Shown here in pieces: positions 40,801 to 52,760 of a stretch of 64,000 bases of DNA (positions are counted from its first letter, which is position 1; each line of letters opens with the position of its first letter). Under the pieces are notes generated by a model. That model saw only the letters and a program-made list of their open reading frames with translations. It had not been told where the DNA came from and did no database searches. Origin of the DNA: Octopus vulgaris (lineage: Eukaryota); the NCBI GenBank assembly GCA_951406725.2, contig OX597821.1, positions 69,936,001 to 70,000,000 of the forward strand, given 5' to 3'. A program made the translations under genes and the position numbers.

Positions 40801-42795
40801 CACTTACGGAAACACACCTGAAACCGGACATAACAGATGCGGAATTACACATACCACACTATGTTGTACTACGGACCGACAGAAAAGAAAGGAGTCATGG
40901 TGGAGTTGCTATGTACATCCGTGAGGACCTCACACCCCAGGTCCTTTTGTCATACTCAAACTCGGTGTGTGACACACTAATTGTACATATAAGGCAACTG
41001 GATGTAGTTGTGTGTGCTACATATCGTCCTCCAGATGCCCCAAGCCATGTAGCCAAGTTTGAAGACTGCCTTATAAAAATAGAAGTTCTAGTCACATTAG
41101 AAGAACACATAAGTGCACTTCTTATGGGAGACTTCAATCTACCCAATGTCAGATGGCCCGAGGGCCTTTCTCTACCAGGAATGACACGATGTGAACGAGG
41201 ACAGGCGAGGTCTCTCCTGAACCTCATCAACACCCTGTACATGGAGCAAGTAATACTCCAACCAACCAGCGCAGATAACATACTGGATCTCTGCTTCACA
41301 AATAATATGGATCTCATCCATAATGTGAAAGTGACACCAACACTGCTCTTGGATCACAACATGGTAGAGCTGACCATGTACGGGCCAAAGGAAAGTATGG
41401 ACATGCAGCCTACAAGAAACTCTCAGAAACTTTCCAGCTTGAACTTCCATAAGGCAAACTGGAAAAAAATTGAGAAAGAAATCCTCAAACAAAACTGGCA
41501 TGAATGTCTCTCCTCGCCAGACATCGACATGAAACTTCAACAATTCATGTCTGTAATGCAAGCCATATGCTACAAATGTGTCCCAGAGAGAAAGGCCACT
41601 GTACACAAGAACAAAATCTCCAGAGAGAGGAAAATTCTTATGAGACGGCGTACAAAAGTTTCAAATCGTCTAAACAAACAAATTGAAAGCAGTGAAAAGT
41701 CCCGCCTGAAAATAAAACTGTTAGAAATTGAAAAATGTCTGCAACTCTCCCATGAAAAGGAAAGAGCAGGCAAAGAAGCCTGGGCTATAGACAACATAAA
41801 ATCTAACCCCAGAACTTTCTACAGGTATGCCAAAGAAACAGCTACGGTGCACTGTAGGATAGGGCCACTCCTTGAAAAAGATGGCACACTCACAGGATAT
41901 CCAATGAGGATAAGTGAAATACTAAATGAGCAATTCAAGGGTGTTTTCACTCCACCCCTTGGGCATTTCCAAATCAGCAATCCAACTGACTTCTTTACCA
42001 CTGCAGATATAAAATCAGAGGCAGCGATGATTGATTACATCAATATAAAGGAAGACAATGTAATAAAGGCTATAGATGAAATGAAAACAAACTCAGCTAC
42101 TGGCCCCGACGGATTCCCGGCAATCCTTCTAAAAGTATGGAAGAGAGTCCTAGCAAGACCACTGCAGTCCCACTTACAATAACACGCAAATAGTGAGCGG
42201 TGTTCCGCAGGGCACTGTTTTGGGACCACTACTGTTCATAATGGCCCTCTCAGACATGCCTTCAGCCACGCAGAGAGCTACGATCACAAGTTATGCAGAT
42301 GATACAAAAGTTTCACAGGCAATACAGAACCCTGAAGACTAAGCACCTGCAATGTGAGCTGGACAAAATATACAAGTGGGCTGAAAAGAATAGCATGCAG
42401 TTCAATGCTGAAAAGTTTCAAGCTTTATGCTATCAGCATGCAAAACTACATGCAATACCCAATAAATACACTGGACCCGGAGGGATTGCAATCCCAGAGG
42501 CACAATCAGTGCGTGACCTGGGTATTTACATGAGTGATGACGCAACCTTTCAAGTACATGTTGCTAAATTGGCAATGAAATGTAGACGGCTGGCCGGATG
42601 GATTCTTAGAACCTTTACAACAAGAGACCAAGAAACCATGATGGTCCTCTGGAGGACAGCTGTATCGAACTCTCTCATGCACCAAATGGCAGTTGCTAAA
42701 AAGGATTCGTGAAGTAAAATCGTGTAGCAACACCAAATGGCGGTGCCCCAGCATGGCCACAGCTCGTGAGCTGAAACTAGATAAAATAAAATATA
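40800..42795 (+). mobile_element. CR1/L2-like LINE with open APE endonuclease region and two large RT deletions
   Basis: LTETHL...GGVAMY...YRPP...GDFN...LDLCFTN...DHN; jumps at ~42170 and ~42655 relative to the other copies; 3' tail intact. Confidence 0.92.
40911..42182 (+). CDS. LINE ORF2 fragment (APE endonuclease plus linker to RT start); frame open from ~40803
   Basis: 423-aa ORF with YRPP, GDFN, LDL, DHN and SATGPDGFP motifs. Confidence 0.85.
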   Translation: MYIREDLTPQVLLSYSNSVCDTLIVHIRQLDVVVCATYRPPDAPSHVAKFEDCLIKIEVLVTLEEHISALLMGDFNLPNVRWPEGLSLPGMTRCERGQARSLLNLINTLYMEQVILQPTSADNILDLCFTNNMDLIHNVKVTPTLLLDHNMVELTMYGPKESMDMQPTRNSQKLSSLNFHKANWKKIEKEILKQNWHECLSSPDIDMKLQQFMSVMQAICYKCVPERKATVHKNKISRERKILMRRRTKVSNRLNKQIESSEKSRLKIKLLEIEKCLQLSHEKERAGKEAWAIDNIKSNPRTFYRYAKETATVHCRIGPLLEKDGTLTGYPMRISEILNEQFKGVFTPPLGHFQISNPTDFFTTADIKSEAAMIDYINIKEDNVIKAIDEMKTNSATGPDGFPAILLKVWKRVLARPLQSHLQ

Positions 42796-42989
42796 GTAAA
42801 TAAAAATATATATATACATATACATACATATATATATAGACATATATATATATATACATATATATACACACACACACACACATATACACATATACATACA
42901 AATATACTTACATATATATACATACATATATATACATATTTATACATATATATATATTTATACATATATATATTTATACATATATATAC

Positions 42990-43056
<67 letters not shown>

Positions 43057-43057
<1 letters not shown>

Positions 43058-43925
43058 CTCTATTCTATCAGCACGCAAAACTAAATGCAATATCCAATAA
43101 ATACACTGGACCTGGATGGACTGCAATCCCAGAGGCACAATCAGTGCGAGACCTGGGTATTTGCATGAGTGATGATGCAACCTGTCATGTGCATGTTGTT
43201 AAATTGGCAATGAAATGTAGGCGGCTGACTGGATGGATTCTTAGAACCTTCAGAACAAGAGACTAGGAAACCATGATGGTCCTCTGGAGGACACTTGTCC
43301 TAAGCCACTTTGACTATTGCTCGCAGCTATGGTCACCATCCAGTGTCAAGTTGATCACAGAACTTGAGGCGATCCGCACGAAGCTCCACGAAGAAGATAG
43401 CCTCTGTGCAGCATATAAGCTATTGGGAAAGACTCAAGAGATTGAGACTCTATTCCTTAGACCGTAGGCAAGAAAGATATGCCATAATATACATCTGGAA
43501 GATCCTAGAAGGACTTGTCCCAAACTTTGGCATCGAGAGTTACACCAATGCCAGGACTGGGCGCCACTGCGTGGTGCCAAGGACTCCAAATTTGCCATCA
43601 AGATGTAGGACAAGATACTGTGATAGCCTGTGCTTCCGAGGCCCACAGCTCTTCAATATCATCCCGAAGGACCTAAGAGACCTGCATGGGGTGGATGCAG
43701 ATGTCTTTAAAATAAAACTGGATCTCTTCTTGTTAGGTATCCCAGATGAACCAACTTCACAGCAGGAGGTGCGGATGAGGGCAGCTGCATTGAACTCTCT
43801 CATGCACCAAATGGCAATTGCTAAAAAGCATTCGTGAAGTAAAATCATGTAGCAACACCAAATGACGGTGCCCCAGCATGACCACAGCTTGTGAGCTGAA
43901 ACTAGATAAATAAAGTAAAAAATAA
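43057..43925 (+). mobile_element. CR1/L2-like LINE 3' fragment between (TA)n tracts
   Basis: LSHFDYCSQLWSP, YWERLKRLRLYSL.RRQERYAIIYIWKI; same 3' tail. Confidence 0.92.
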
Positions 43926-43943
43926 ATAAATATATATATATAC

Positions 43944-44021
<78 letters not shown>

Positions 44022-44026
<5 letters not shown>

Positions 44027-44170
44027 CGGTTCGGCAAAAGAGACCGATAGAATAAGTACTGGGCTTACAAAGAATAAGTCCCGGGGTTGATTTGCTCGAC
44101 TAAAGGCGGTACTCCAGCATGGCCGCAGTCAAATGACTGAAACAAGTAAAAGAGTTAAAGAGTAAAAGAG
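44022..44170 (+). mobile_element. SINE family B, 3' part
   Basis: TTAGCGGTTCGGCAAAAGAGACCGATAG...CCAGCATGGCCGCAGTCAAATGACTGAAAC. Confidence 0.88.
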
Positions 44171-44704
44171 TATATATATATGTGTATGTGTGTGTGTGTG
44201 TGCGTGTATGTAGACATGTACGTGTATGTGTATTATATGTATTTTTCGGTATTTGTCTATGCACGTATGCGTTGAAGTGTTTATGTATGCATATATGTAA
44301 GTTTGTATGTAAGTGCGAATGTATGTAAGCAAGTAAATACTCTCCAGCAGGCGGCAGAAAATATTTTGGCAACTGGTTGTTGCTTTATATTAATGTGAAT
44401 GGAAATATTGCTGTTTAATCCCCCTTTATTATTTTCGAATGAGCAACAGGTATCTCGTGGCTATCGATTCACAGGTTAACGATAAAACCGACACACCTAA
44501 AGAGACTTCTGACCGGTAACCAAATGCTGGTTACCTGTCGTCGTCGTCGTAGTAGTAGTAGTCATTGGGACTGCTGTTTAGCTTCTATGGCAGTACTTAT
44601 GGCATAATTGTATATGTTCCTATACATGTATACATACATACACACCCACACACACATGGGCGCGCACACACACACACACACAAGAACACATGTGGAGTAT
44701 AAAA

Positions 44705-44785
44705 TTTACTACAGCTGTTTCGGTAGCATTTTATTGTTGTATTCGTAGATGATATCAAAGCATAAATCCACCATCCTCAGGTAAA
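44705..44785 (-). ncRNA. Hammerhead ribozyme-like motif (canonical core, long loop II)
   Basis: TTTAC-CTGAGGA-T-GGTGG...CTACC-GAAA-CAGCTG-TA-GTAAA. Confidence 0.7.
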
Positions 44786-44924
44786 ATTTCAAACATATAT
44801 ACACAGGCAAGGTAAACCTAGAAGATGACTTATTCACCAATTAACATAATGGAAATATATATATATATACAGAAAAAATATATACAAACATACATATACG
44901 TATGCATGTATAAACATGACTCGA

Positions 44925-45295
44925 ATAACTCGACTCCGTGGGTCACAAATGACCACGGGTGCACCTAAGAGGTTCCCCGTCGAGGTACAAGTCTAGGCGG
45001 AGAGACGCCTCACCGGCGAACGCACAACCTAGGGTTGTTCTTATGGAAGACCATCAATCGCCCATGCATGCCAGCTTCCCCTTTCGACGCCATCGATGTT
45101 ATCCAAGGGAAAGGCAAAGGCTGATACAGCTTGGTACCAGAGATGACGTCGTAATTCATTTCTACAGCTGAGCGAACTGGAGCAATGGGTAATAAAGTGT
45201 CTTGCTCAAGAACAAAACACGCAGCCCGCTCCGGGAATCGGGCTCACAACCTCACGATCGTAAGCTCTACGCTCTAACCACTGAGCCATACTCCT
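44925..45295 (-). mobile_element. tRNA-derived SINE (family C-like head, different 3' body)
   Basis: Minus strand TGGCTCAGTGGTTAGAGCG...CGATTCCCGG...TTCTTGAGCAAGACAC..CTCAGCTGTAGAAATGA. Confidence 0.75.
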
Positions 45296-45297
45296 TC

Positions 45298-45387
<90 letters not shown>

Positions 45388-45389
45388 TG

Positions 45390-46510
45390 AAGAGAGAAGA
45401 TTAATTTCTATTCACAGCGAAGGCCGGATTCCGGATGGCACCTGTGCAAAGACAGTCCGAACAGAGACAGTTGTAGTGAATGATCGGTAGACCGGAAATG
45501 GAGCACGACTGGTGTGTCATTGCTGAGTCTGTTGTCTTAGAGGTTCTCCACGAACCGGTCAGCCAAGCGGCGTTCCACCTGACCGATGAACTAGGAATTA
45601 CAGAGAGAGCAGGAGATGCAGTAAATGACGTTACTAGAAGTGCAGATAAAGGAGCCGGTGATTTGTTAGGGACGATGATGGGTGCCCGTGAGGATGGAGA
45701 GGTAGCGGCAGGTGCGACAGCGTGGGCAGGAGCAGAGGAACAAGCCGGGTGGGAGCAGAAGAATGAGCCAGACTGGACGGTGGGGTTGGAAAAGAAACTG
45801 TGGACCAGGAGATCACGCTGGTTATGGCCTCGTTTGAAGGAGGGAAGTGGTAGGTTGAGAGAGATGTGCGAGGTGAAGGGATCTGACTGAAATCGCCGGA
45901 AGGCTCGGAGAATTGTGCGTTGGAGGGGAAGGGTGAAGGGGTTGTAGGTGAGGGGAAAAAGGAGACGGGGCGGGTGCGAGGAGAAAAAGCAGAGGCACGG
46001 TCCACGGATAGTGCCCTGGCAAGGGCAGTGTGGACAGTGGTGAGGGGATATCCACGTAGGATGAAGCGGCGAGCCATGAGTTGAGATTGAGTCTCATTCA
46101 TGGTTGTGACTGGGGAGCGTGCGTAGACGGAGGAATTGGGAGTAGGGGAAAGAGAGCTTGGTGTGGGTAGGGTGGGAGGAAGGGAAGTTAAGGTAGGTGT
46201 GTGAGTCATTGTGTTTATAGGCGATGGAGATAGTGAGAGCGAAGTGGTGTTCTCTGACAAAAGTGACGAGATAGTGAACGGAAGAGTTAGAGATAATGCA
46301 GGAAAATTCGAGGGCAGGATGGAAGGATTGGACAAAAGATAAGAAGGAGTCTTCTCTTTCGTTGTCCGCGGCAGAGTACGTCGCGCTGATACAGTCATCG
46401 ATATAACGACCGTAGGCCTGAACGTAGCCAACGAATAGGTTCGCATAGTTAGGGCCCATACTCCTTCCCATGGCCATTCCCAATAACTATTGGAAAAAAT
46501 CCTCCGCGAA
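45390..46510 (-). mobile_element. Penelope-like element RT plus GIY-YIG remnant
   Basis: GMAMGRSMGPNYANLFVG..RYIDD..YK..DSHTYLNFPSSHP..K.SFPYSQFLRLR (PLE RT); downstream FTCTSSNVIYCISC-like segment. Confidence 0.88.
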
Positions 46511-46560
46511 CGAGTAGCTGATGGAGAGAACAAGTTTGGCCAGACGAGGAAGTGTGGAAA

Positions 46561-46611
<51 letters not shown>

Positions 46612-47139
46612 TACAAAAATGCTATAGAAAACTTGTTGATAAGTGTGTTTATTTTCTTTCCTATCCCCTTTTCTCGCCTTGCCATTTCCCTTTACCTCAC
46701 CCCTACCCCACCCACCAATCTCTCCATTTCTCACAGATTAAAGAAAATTGCGAGCCGACACCCATCGACTAGCGTATCTTTTTACTATTTTGCACAGCAA
46801 AGGCGAAGAGTGATATGTCTTTGCATCTATATTTCTGATAATGGACGCATTTCGTATATACGATGTATGCATGTACGTATGCACGTATTTATATATATAT
46901 ATAAATGTACGTATGTATACATCATGTATATAGATACTTATGTATGTACATATGGATCCTTGCAAGTGTGTATGCGTGACTATATGTAGGTACGTGTGTG
47001 AATGTACATTTGCAGGCAATTAGTTGTGTGTGTGTCTGTATAGATGTTTACGTCTACACGCGTTTGAATGTTCGTTTCATTTGCTTAGAAAAGGGAAGTA
47101 AATATTGAATACTAAGTCAATAGAGTGAAAAAGTATCTG

Positions 47140-47210
47140 TATGTATGAATGTATTAGTGCATATATGTATATACTCTATATATTATATATAAAATATATA
47201 TATATTTATG

Positions 47211-47275
<65 letters not shown>

Positions 47276-47987
47276 ATATGTATGTATATATATATATATA
47301 TATATATGTATATGTGTATATATATATATATATGTATATATGTATATATATGTATATATATATATATATATACATATATATATGTATACATATATATATA
47401 TATATATGTATGTATGTACTATGTATATATATATGTATATATGTATGTATGTGTGTATCTATACATATATATGTATGTATGTATATGCATGTATGTATAT
47501 GTATGTAAGTATATATATATGTATGTATGTATATATGTGTATGTATGTATATATATGTATGTATATATGTGTATGTATATATATGTATGTATGTATATAT
47601 GTGTATGTATGTATATATATATATATATGTGTATGTATGTATATATATATGTATGTATGTATGTATATATATATATGTATATGTATGTATATATATATAT
47701 GTATGTATATATATATATGTGTGAATGTATATATATATATGTATGTATGTATATATATATATATGTATGTATGTATGTATATATATGTATGTATGTTTGT
47801 ATATATATATATATGTATATGTGTGTATGTATGTATATATATGTATATCTATATATATATATATATATGTATATGTGTGTATGTATGTATATATATCTAT
47901 ATCTATATATATATGTATATGTGTGTATGTATGTATATATATATATGTGTGTATGTATGTATATATGTATATATGTATGTATATATC

Positions 47988-48020
<33 letters not shown>
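47140..48020. repeat. ~880-bp compound (TA)n/(TATG)n microsatellite
   Basis: Direct reading. Confidence 0.97.
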
Positions 48021-48021
<1 letters not shown>

Positions 48022-48090
48022 AAAATAGACAGAATGAGATAAAAGAAAACCAAGGCAGTAAATAGATTTCATAACATTTATGAAGAAAAT

Positions 48091-48138
48091 GTCTTACAGC
48101 TGTTTCCATGATATTTTACATATCTCTTCATCAGAGAC
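48091..48138 (-). ncRNA. Hammerhead ribozyme-like motif (canonical core)
   Basis: GTCT-CTGATGA-AGA-GATAT-gtaaa-ATATC-ATG-GAAA-CAGCTG-TA-AGAC. Confidence 0.65.
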
Positions 48139-48426
48139 GGTGTGAGAAAATGTTTGAGTATTAATTATTGTAGAGAAGATACGAAATACAGAGGGAAGTA
48201 AGAGAACGAATATAGAAGTGAGATACATAAGGACATTGTATTTGCAGCTCCATTATTCCAGGAGAATTGTGTATATGAGTGGCGAAAACATTTTTTTGGT
48301 GGAAAAAATTTCTTTAACCCTACCGAATCCGCTCATAAGGCTCTCTGGTCGGCCCGAAGTGCCACGCATTGGACTGAACCTGGAACCATGTGGTTGGGAA
48401 GCTAGCTTCCTACCACACAGCCACGC

Positions 48427-48509
<83 letters not shown>

Positions 48510-48671
48510 CGTGCGTGTTAACAAACAGGCAAATGTGCTCGGCCACATATCAGTGTCCAGAAATTATTAATATGGAATGATCCGTCGTCATTATTAAGCT
48601 GAATCGGTCCAGTTAAGTTTTGCATCATAAGTATTTGTCCAAAAAGTATTTTGTCCAAAAATACTTTACTC

Positions 48672-48861
48672 AAAGTAAGCAAATTCATTGCTCTACTCTA
48701 AATTTGATTCTGGTTTACCTATGTCAGAATTCTTCCCTCCACTCTTTGCCAATGCTTCCGAAACGCGTTTTCAGTGCTGATCGGCTTCTACTCCAAGCAG
48801 ATATTTTTTCAGTCTTTTACCCTCTTCGGAAATCTGCAATCTTTAATTTTCATCAAGTGAA
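48672..48861 (+). repeat. 190-bp direct repeat, copy 1 (copy 2 at 50839-51028)
   Basis: AAAGTAAGCAAATTC...CATCAAGTGAA appears identical at both sites by eye. Confidence 0.92.
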
Positions 48862-49151
48862 TGCTTTGGTAGAAATACGGAAGTGCAACGAGTGCAAATG
48901 CTATGAACTGCCAGAGCAAATGAGCAGCAGGCTTTTTTTTAGTTACCCAACACGATTTCATGCAACCAAATACGAACAGATTTAACACTTCACCGCATAC
49001 GATGAGATAATTACCAGCATTTTATTGGAACAGATTGTGTGTGTGTGTGTGTGTGTGTCTGTGTCTGTGTCAGTGTGTGCATGTGTGTGTGTGTGTGTGT
49101 ATGTGTCAGTGTGTGCATGTGTGTCTATATGTATGTACTTATCTCTCTCTC

Positions 49152-49186
<35 letters not shown>

Positions 49187-49187
<1 letters not shown>

Positions 49188-49430
49188 GAGGCGCATGGCT
49201 TAGTGATTAGGGTGTCAATACCATGATCGTAAGATTGTCGTTTCGATTCCTGGACCGGGCGACGCGTTGTATTCTTGAGCAAAACACTTCATTTCACGTT
49301 GTTCCAGTCCACTCAGCTGGTAAAAATGAGTAACGCTGCGATGGACTGGCGTCCCGACAAGCTAGGAAACACATACGCCATGGAAACCGGGCCCATGAGC
49401 CTGGCTAGGCTTTAAAAAGGGCGCATTTAT
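49187..49430 (+). mobile_element. SINE family C
   Basis: GGAGGCGCATGGCTTAGTG...TTCGATTCCTGG...TTCTTGAGCAAAACAC...GCGATGGACTGGCGTCCCG. Confidence 0.85.
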
Positions 49431-49432
49431 TT

Positions 49433-49463
<31 letters not shown>

Positions 49464-49530
49464 TATGTAACATGGTATAATTATAAACAGGGCAAATTTA
49501 ACCAATTTAGCAGAGTGAAAAAACTATGAA

Positions 49531-49578
49531 CAACTTTAATCGATTTTCGAACCTTGTTAGGTTCTCATCAGAGGCGTC
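49531..49578 (-). ncRNA. Hammerhead ribozyme-like motif (canonical core, weak helix I)
   Basis: CTGATGA-GAACCT-aaca-AGGTTC-GAAA-ATCGAT-TA. Confidence 0.55.
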
Positions 49579-49659
49579 CACATCATTCTGACAGTCTCCA
49601 GAGAAATGAGCAGCCAAACTGAGCTCAACAAATGCAACAGTTACTCTATAAAGGAGTCC

Positions 49660-49700
<41 letters not shown>

Positions 49701-49776
49701 ATATATATGTACTTAAGTGTGTACGTTTGTGTTTCACAGGTTTTCGTGTGAAACATATGTATGTATATGATACAGA

Positions 49777-49842
<66 letters not shown>

Positions 49843-49850
49843 CATATATG

Positions 49851-50387
49851 CAGCTGAAAGATTAAAATTAATCAAAGAACATACTGAGTATGTCTACCTG
49901 GTGGAAATAACAGTCAAAACTCTTATTTAAATCGCCAAAATACACTGATGGTAACTAGAGAAATCAACCGTCCGAAGGCCTTTTTTTTTTATTTGTTATA
50001 CAAGATATTAACAGACTCAATGATAGTGATAGCTTCGCAAATGACTTTTTCGTGAATTAGTTGTTCCGTACTGAAATTATATTCACACTGGTGGCTGTCA
50101 GGAGTCGGCGCATAACGAATCAGTTGCAACTCGACGGGTTGGGGCTCTCTATCATGGTAACGCGTGCTGAGGAATTTGAGGCTATTATGCCAGTCAAGAA
50201 ATCGGTCCACGTGAATCCAAATTCTTGAATATAAATTGAGAGATTGTCTTTGTCCGTTTGCCTTCGGACGGTTGATTTCTGTTGTTATTATCAGTGTATT
50301 TTGGCGATTTAAATAAGAGTTTTGACTGTTATTTCCAGTAAGTAGAGATACTTAGTCAATCCTTTGATTAATTTTAATCCTTCTGCT
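49851..50387. repeat. Inverted repeat, ~128-bp arms with ~280-bp spacer
   Basis: 49851-49979 vs reverse complement of 50260-50387 (AAATAACAGTCAAAACTCTTATTTAAATCGCCAAAATACACTGAT...GAAATCAACCGTCCGAAGGC). Confidence 0.85.
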
Positions 50388-50531
50388 ATTTAATGCTTGT
50401 AATCGCCTATATTATTGATCCTGTTAGCACTTTTAAATTGCTACACTTGATAATAACAGTCAATGATATCTTCGCAAATATTTTCTCGTGAATTGTTTGC
50501 TCCGTGTATACACACACACATACACACACGG

Positions 50532-50632
50532 AGTTAAACGCAGGTGTTATTAAAATTCTTTTACTTCCGACAATGTTGTCTTTGAAACATATGTGGGAAG
50601 TGAAAGAATTTGAATAACACCTGCGTTTAACT
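50532..50632. repeat. 101-bp hairpin / MITE-like element
   Basis: AGTTAAACGCAGGTGTTATT(A/C)AAATTCTTT(T/C)ACTTCC arms, 37 bp, 2 mismatches. Confidence 0.9.
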
Positions 50633-50637
50633 ACATA

Positions 50638-50700
<63 letters not shown>

Positions 50701-51054
50701 TATACAAAATATTTCACATAAACCCGGAGTTTCTACCATTAAAAATAAGGTATTATGTCCTTCTTACTTGTGTAATTTTTTTTTGCTACTCTGGTAACTG
50801 TTCATCTATTTTTTCCGTGTTAATTGTAAGAAAGGAAAAAAGTAAGCAAATTCATTGCTCTACTCTAAATTTGATTCTGGTTTACCTATGTCAGAATTCT
50901 TCCCTCCACTCTTTGCCAATGCTTCCGAAACGCGTTTTCAGTGCTGATCGGCTTCTACTCCAAGCAGATATTTTTTCAGTCTTTTACCCTCTTCGGAAAT
51001 CTGCAATCTTTAATTTTCATCAAGTGAAAAAATACACACATCTGTATATATATA

Positions 51055-51245
51055 TAGTTGAAATTTACAGAAAAACAAAAGACGACGACAGGTGTATAAA
51101 CAACAAGCAGGTGTATTAGTTTGACACTCGGGAAGGTGAGAAAGTCTTTTACATTAAGAGCCTACGGTCTTCAACAGAAAGAAACACGCTGGAATAACAG
51201 TGAGAGAATAAAAAAAACCTTTGGAGTTAGCAGTCAATCATGGTG
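51055..51245 (-). mobile_element. PLE pseudo-LTR-like short element in TA context, with decayed HHR-like motif
   Basis: Minus strand CTTT-CTGTTGA-AGACCGTAGGCTC-TTAA-TGTA-AAAG; 3' part similar to 26360-26445. Confidence 0.5.
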
Positions 51246-51514
51246 ACATATATATAGTTTACTCTTAAGGTATGATCCGCAAAAGCAATACTCCATTCAA
51301 TGAGAGATAAATATCATTTCATGTACACAGTATAAAGAGAAGAACTATTAACACGTGTCTATGCAGGTTTTCATAACACACCTGTGACTCTAAGCAATTC
51401 GTAGATTCTGAGCACAGTACATGAAAAATCACAAGATGAGAAGGTTGAAGCTAAAAGTGGATAGGTGAATGAAACGGAAGAAAAAAAAAAAGAATATTAT
51501 ACATACATACATAC

Positions 51515-52760
51515 ATAGATTCATGCCTAAAGAAGTCACACGATTCTATCGCAGCATATCATCAGATGAAAGGATAAGCGTATATGAGCAGAAGGCCATG
51601 CAAGGATATGTTAGTAAAAAGCTCCGAGATGATAGTAACATTGATCCTAAACAGCTAAATGTGACAACTGATGCAGACTTTGTGGACTAACATCGAAGAT
51701 ATCACCCATATCATAAGCAGTTGTCCGAAAATGTCATCAAGAAAATGTTATCTACCGATGAGACATGATGTTGTGGCTAGAACACTCTATAATGAAGGAC
51801 AAAGAAATAAGAGCCCACAGCATGGTAGAAGACATAGCCAGTCATAACAAAAAGGAGCACTGGTGGAATATCTCAGTGAAAACCTCAATAAAATGTAAAC
51901 GCAATAGACCTGATATAACGATTTGAGATAGAGAAGAGAAACTGTGTACAGTTGTGGAAATCAGTTGCCCAGATGATGTTAACATAAAGCTGAAGATTTA
52001 TACCTGCAATTATTGGGGTACTGGGATATGTAACGCACTGCCTAAATATCAATCTTGAGAAATTAGGCTTCCCAAAACCAGAAAGAAGAAAGCGGATTCG
52101 AAGATTGCAGATCCAATCCAACGGTGGAACTGTAAAAAATCTGTAAAACTTACCAGAACTTTATCATCTCTCTATATATAAACGGCAGTTTGTCTGTGCG
52201 TGTTTCTGTGTGTCTGTTTGCTTGTACCCTCACCCTGACCACGGCTTTCAACCGATTCTGATGAAACTTGACACACACATAGCCCAATGTCATAATTCAT
52301 AACTAACGCAGCGAAAATTTTGAAAAGTTCCCCCAGTTCTGAAAAAATCGATAAATTCGACATGGGGTCCAGAATCAGAAACACAAACTGTCTAGGGGAC
52401 GCAACTCCACCTTTTTTAACTAAAAAAGAAATTTACCATCATTTTTTTCCATTTTTTTGCTATTTTTTGGCTATAACTCTCTAAAAATGCTTTATAGTTA
52501 TTTCCCTCACAAACCTGAGCAACGCCGGGCGATACTGCTAGTTTAAGTATAAATGAGAATGTCTAGACATGTAAGTATATGCATGGGAATGCATACATAA
52601 AGCAAATCATACAAATCTGTACATATACATTCATAAATACATACATACATACAAAAATACCCTGTTGACGTTATAAAAATTCCAATGAAGGAGCTTTGGA
52701 TCTAGGTTTGAAACCGTCTCTTTCTCTATTGGCAAGAAAACTTGAAATAAAACTGAATAC
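51515..52760 (+). mobile_element. RLE-type LINE 3' remnant interrupted by a Helitron, ending at (ACAT)n
   Basis: CRLCG...ITHIISSCPKM..RHDVVA (CCHC knuckle), NRPDITI.DREEKLCTVVEISCPDD (RLE), IIGVLGYV; (ACAT)n on both flanks. Confidence 0.85.
52167..52541 (+). mobile_element. Non-autonomous Helitron, 375 bp
   Basis: A|TC...subterminal GC-rich hairpin CCTGAGCAACGCCGGG...CTAG|T; removal restores the LINE end AAC TTT ATC ATT TAA; no TSD. Confidence 0.85.

Noticed and set aside
45634-46734. 366-aa ORF as an intact gene
   Set aside because: Mostly an off-frame read of the decayed PLE RT fused to a CA microsatellite.
48672-48861. Possible transposase-like peptide on the minus strand (SEEGKRLKK; SALKTRFGSIGKE)
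   Set aside because: Multiple stops and ambiguous resemblance; cannot be assigned without a search.
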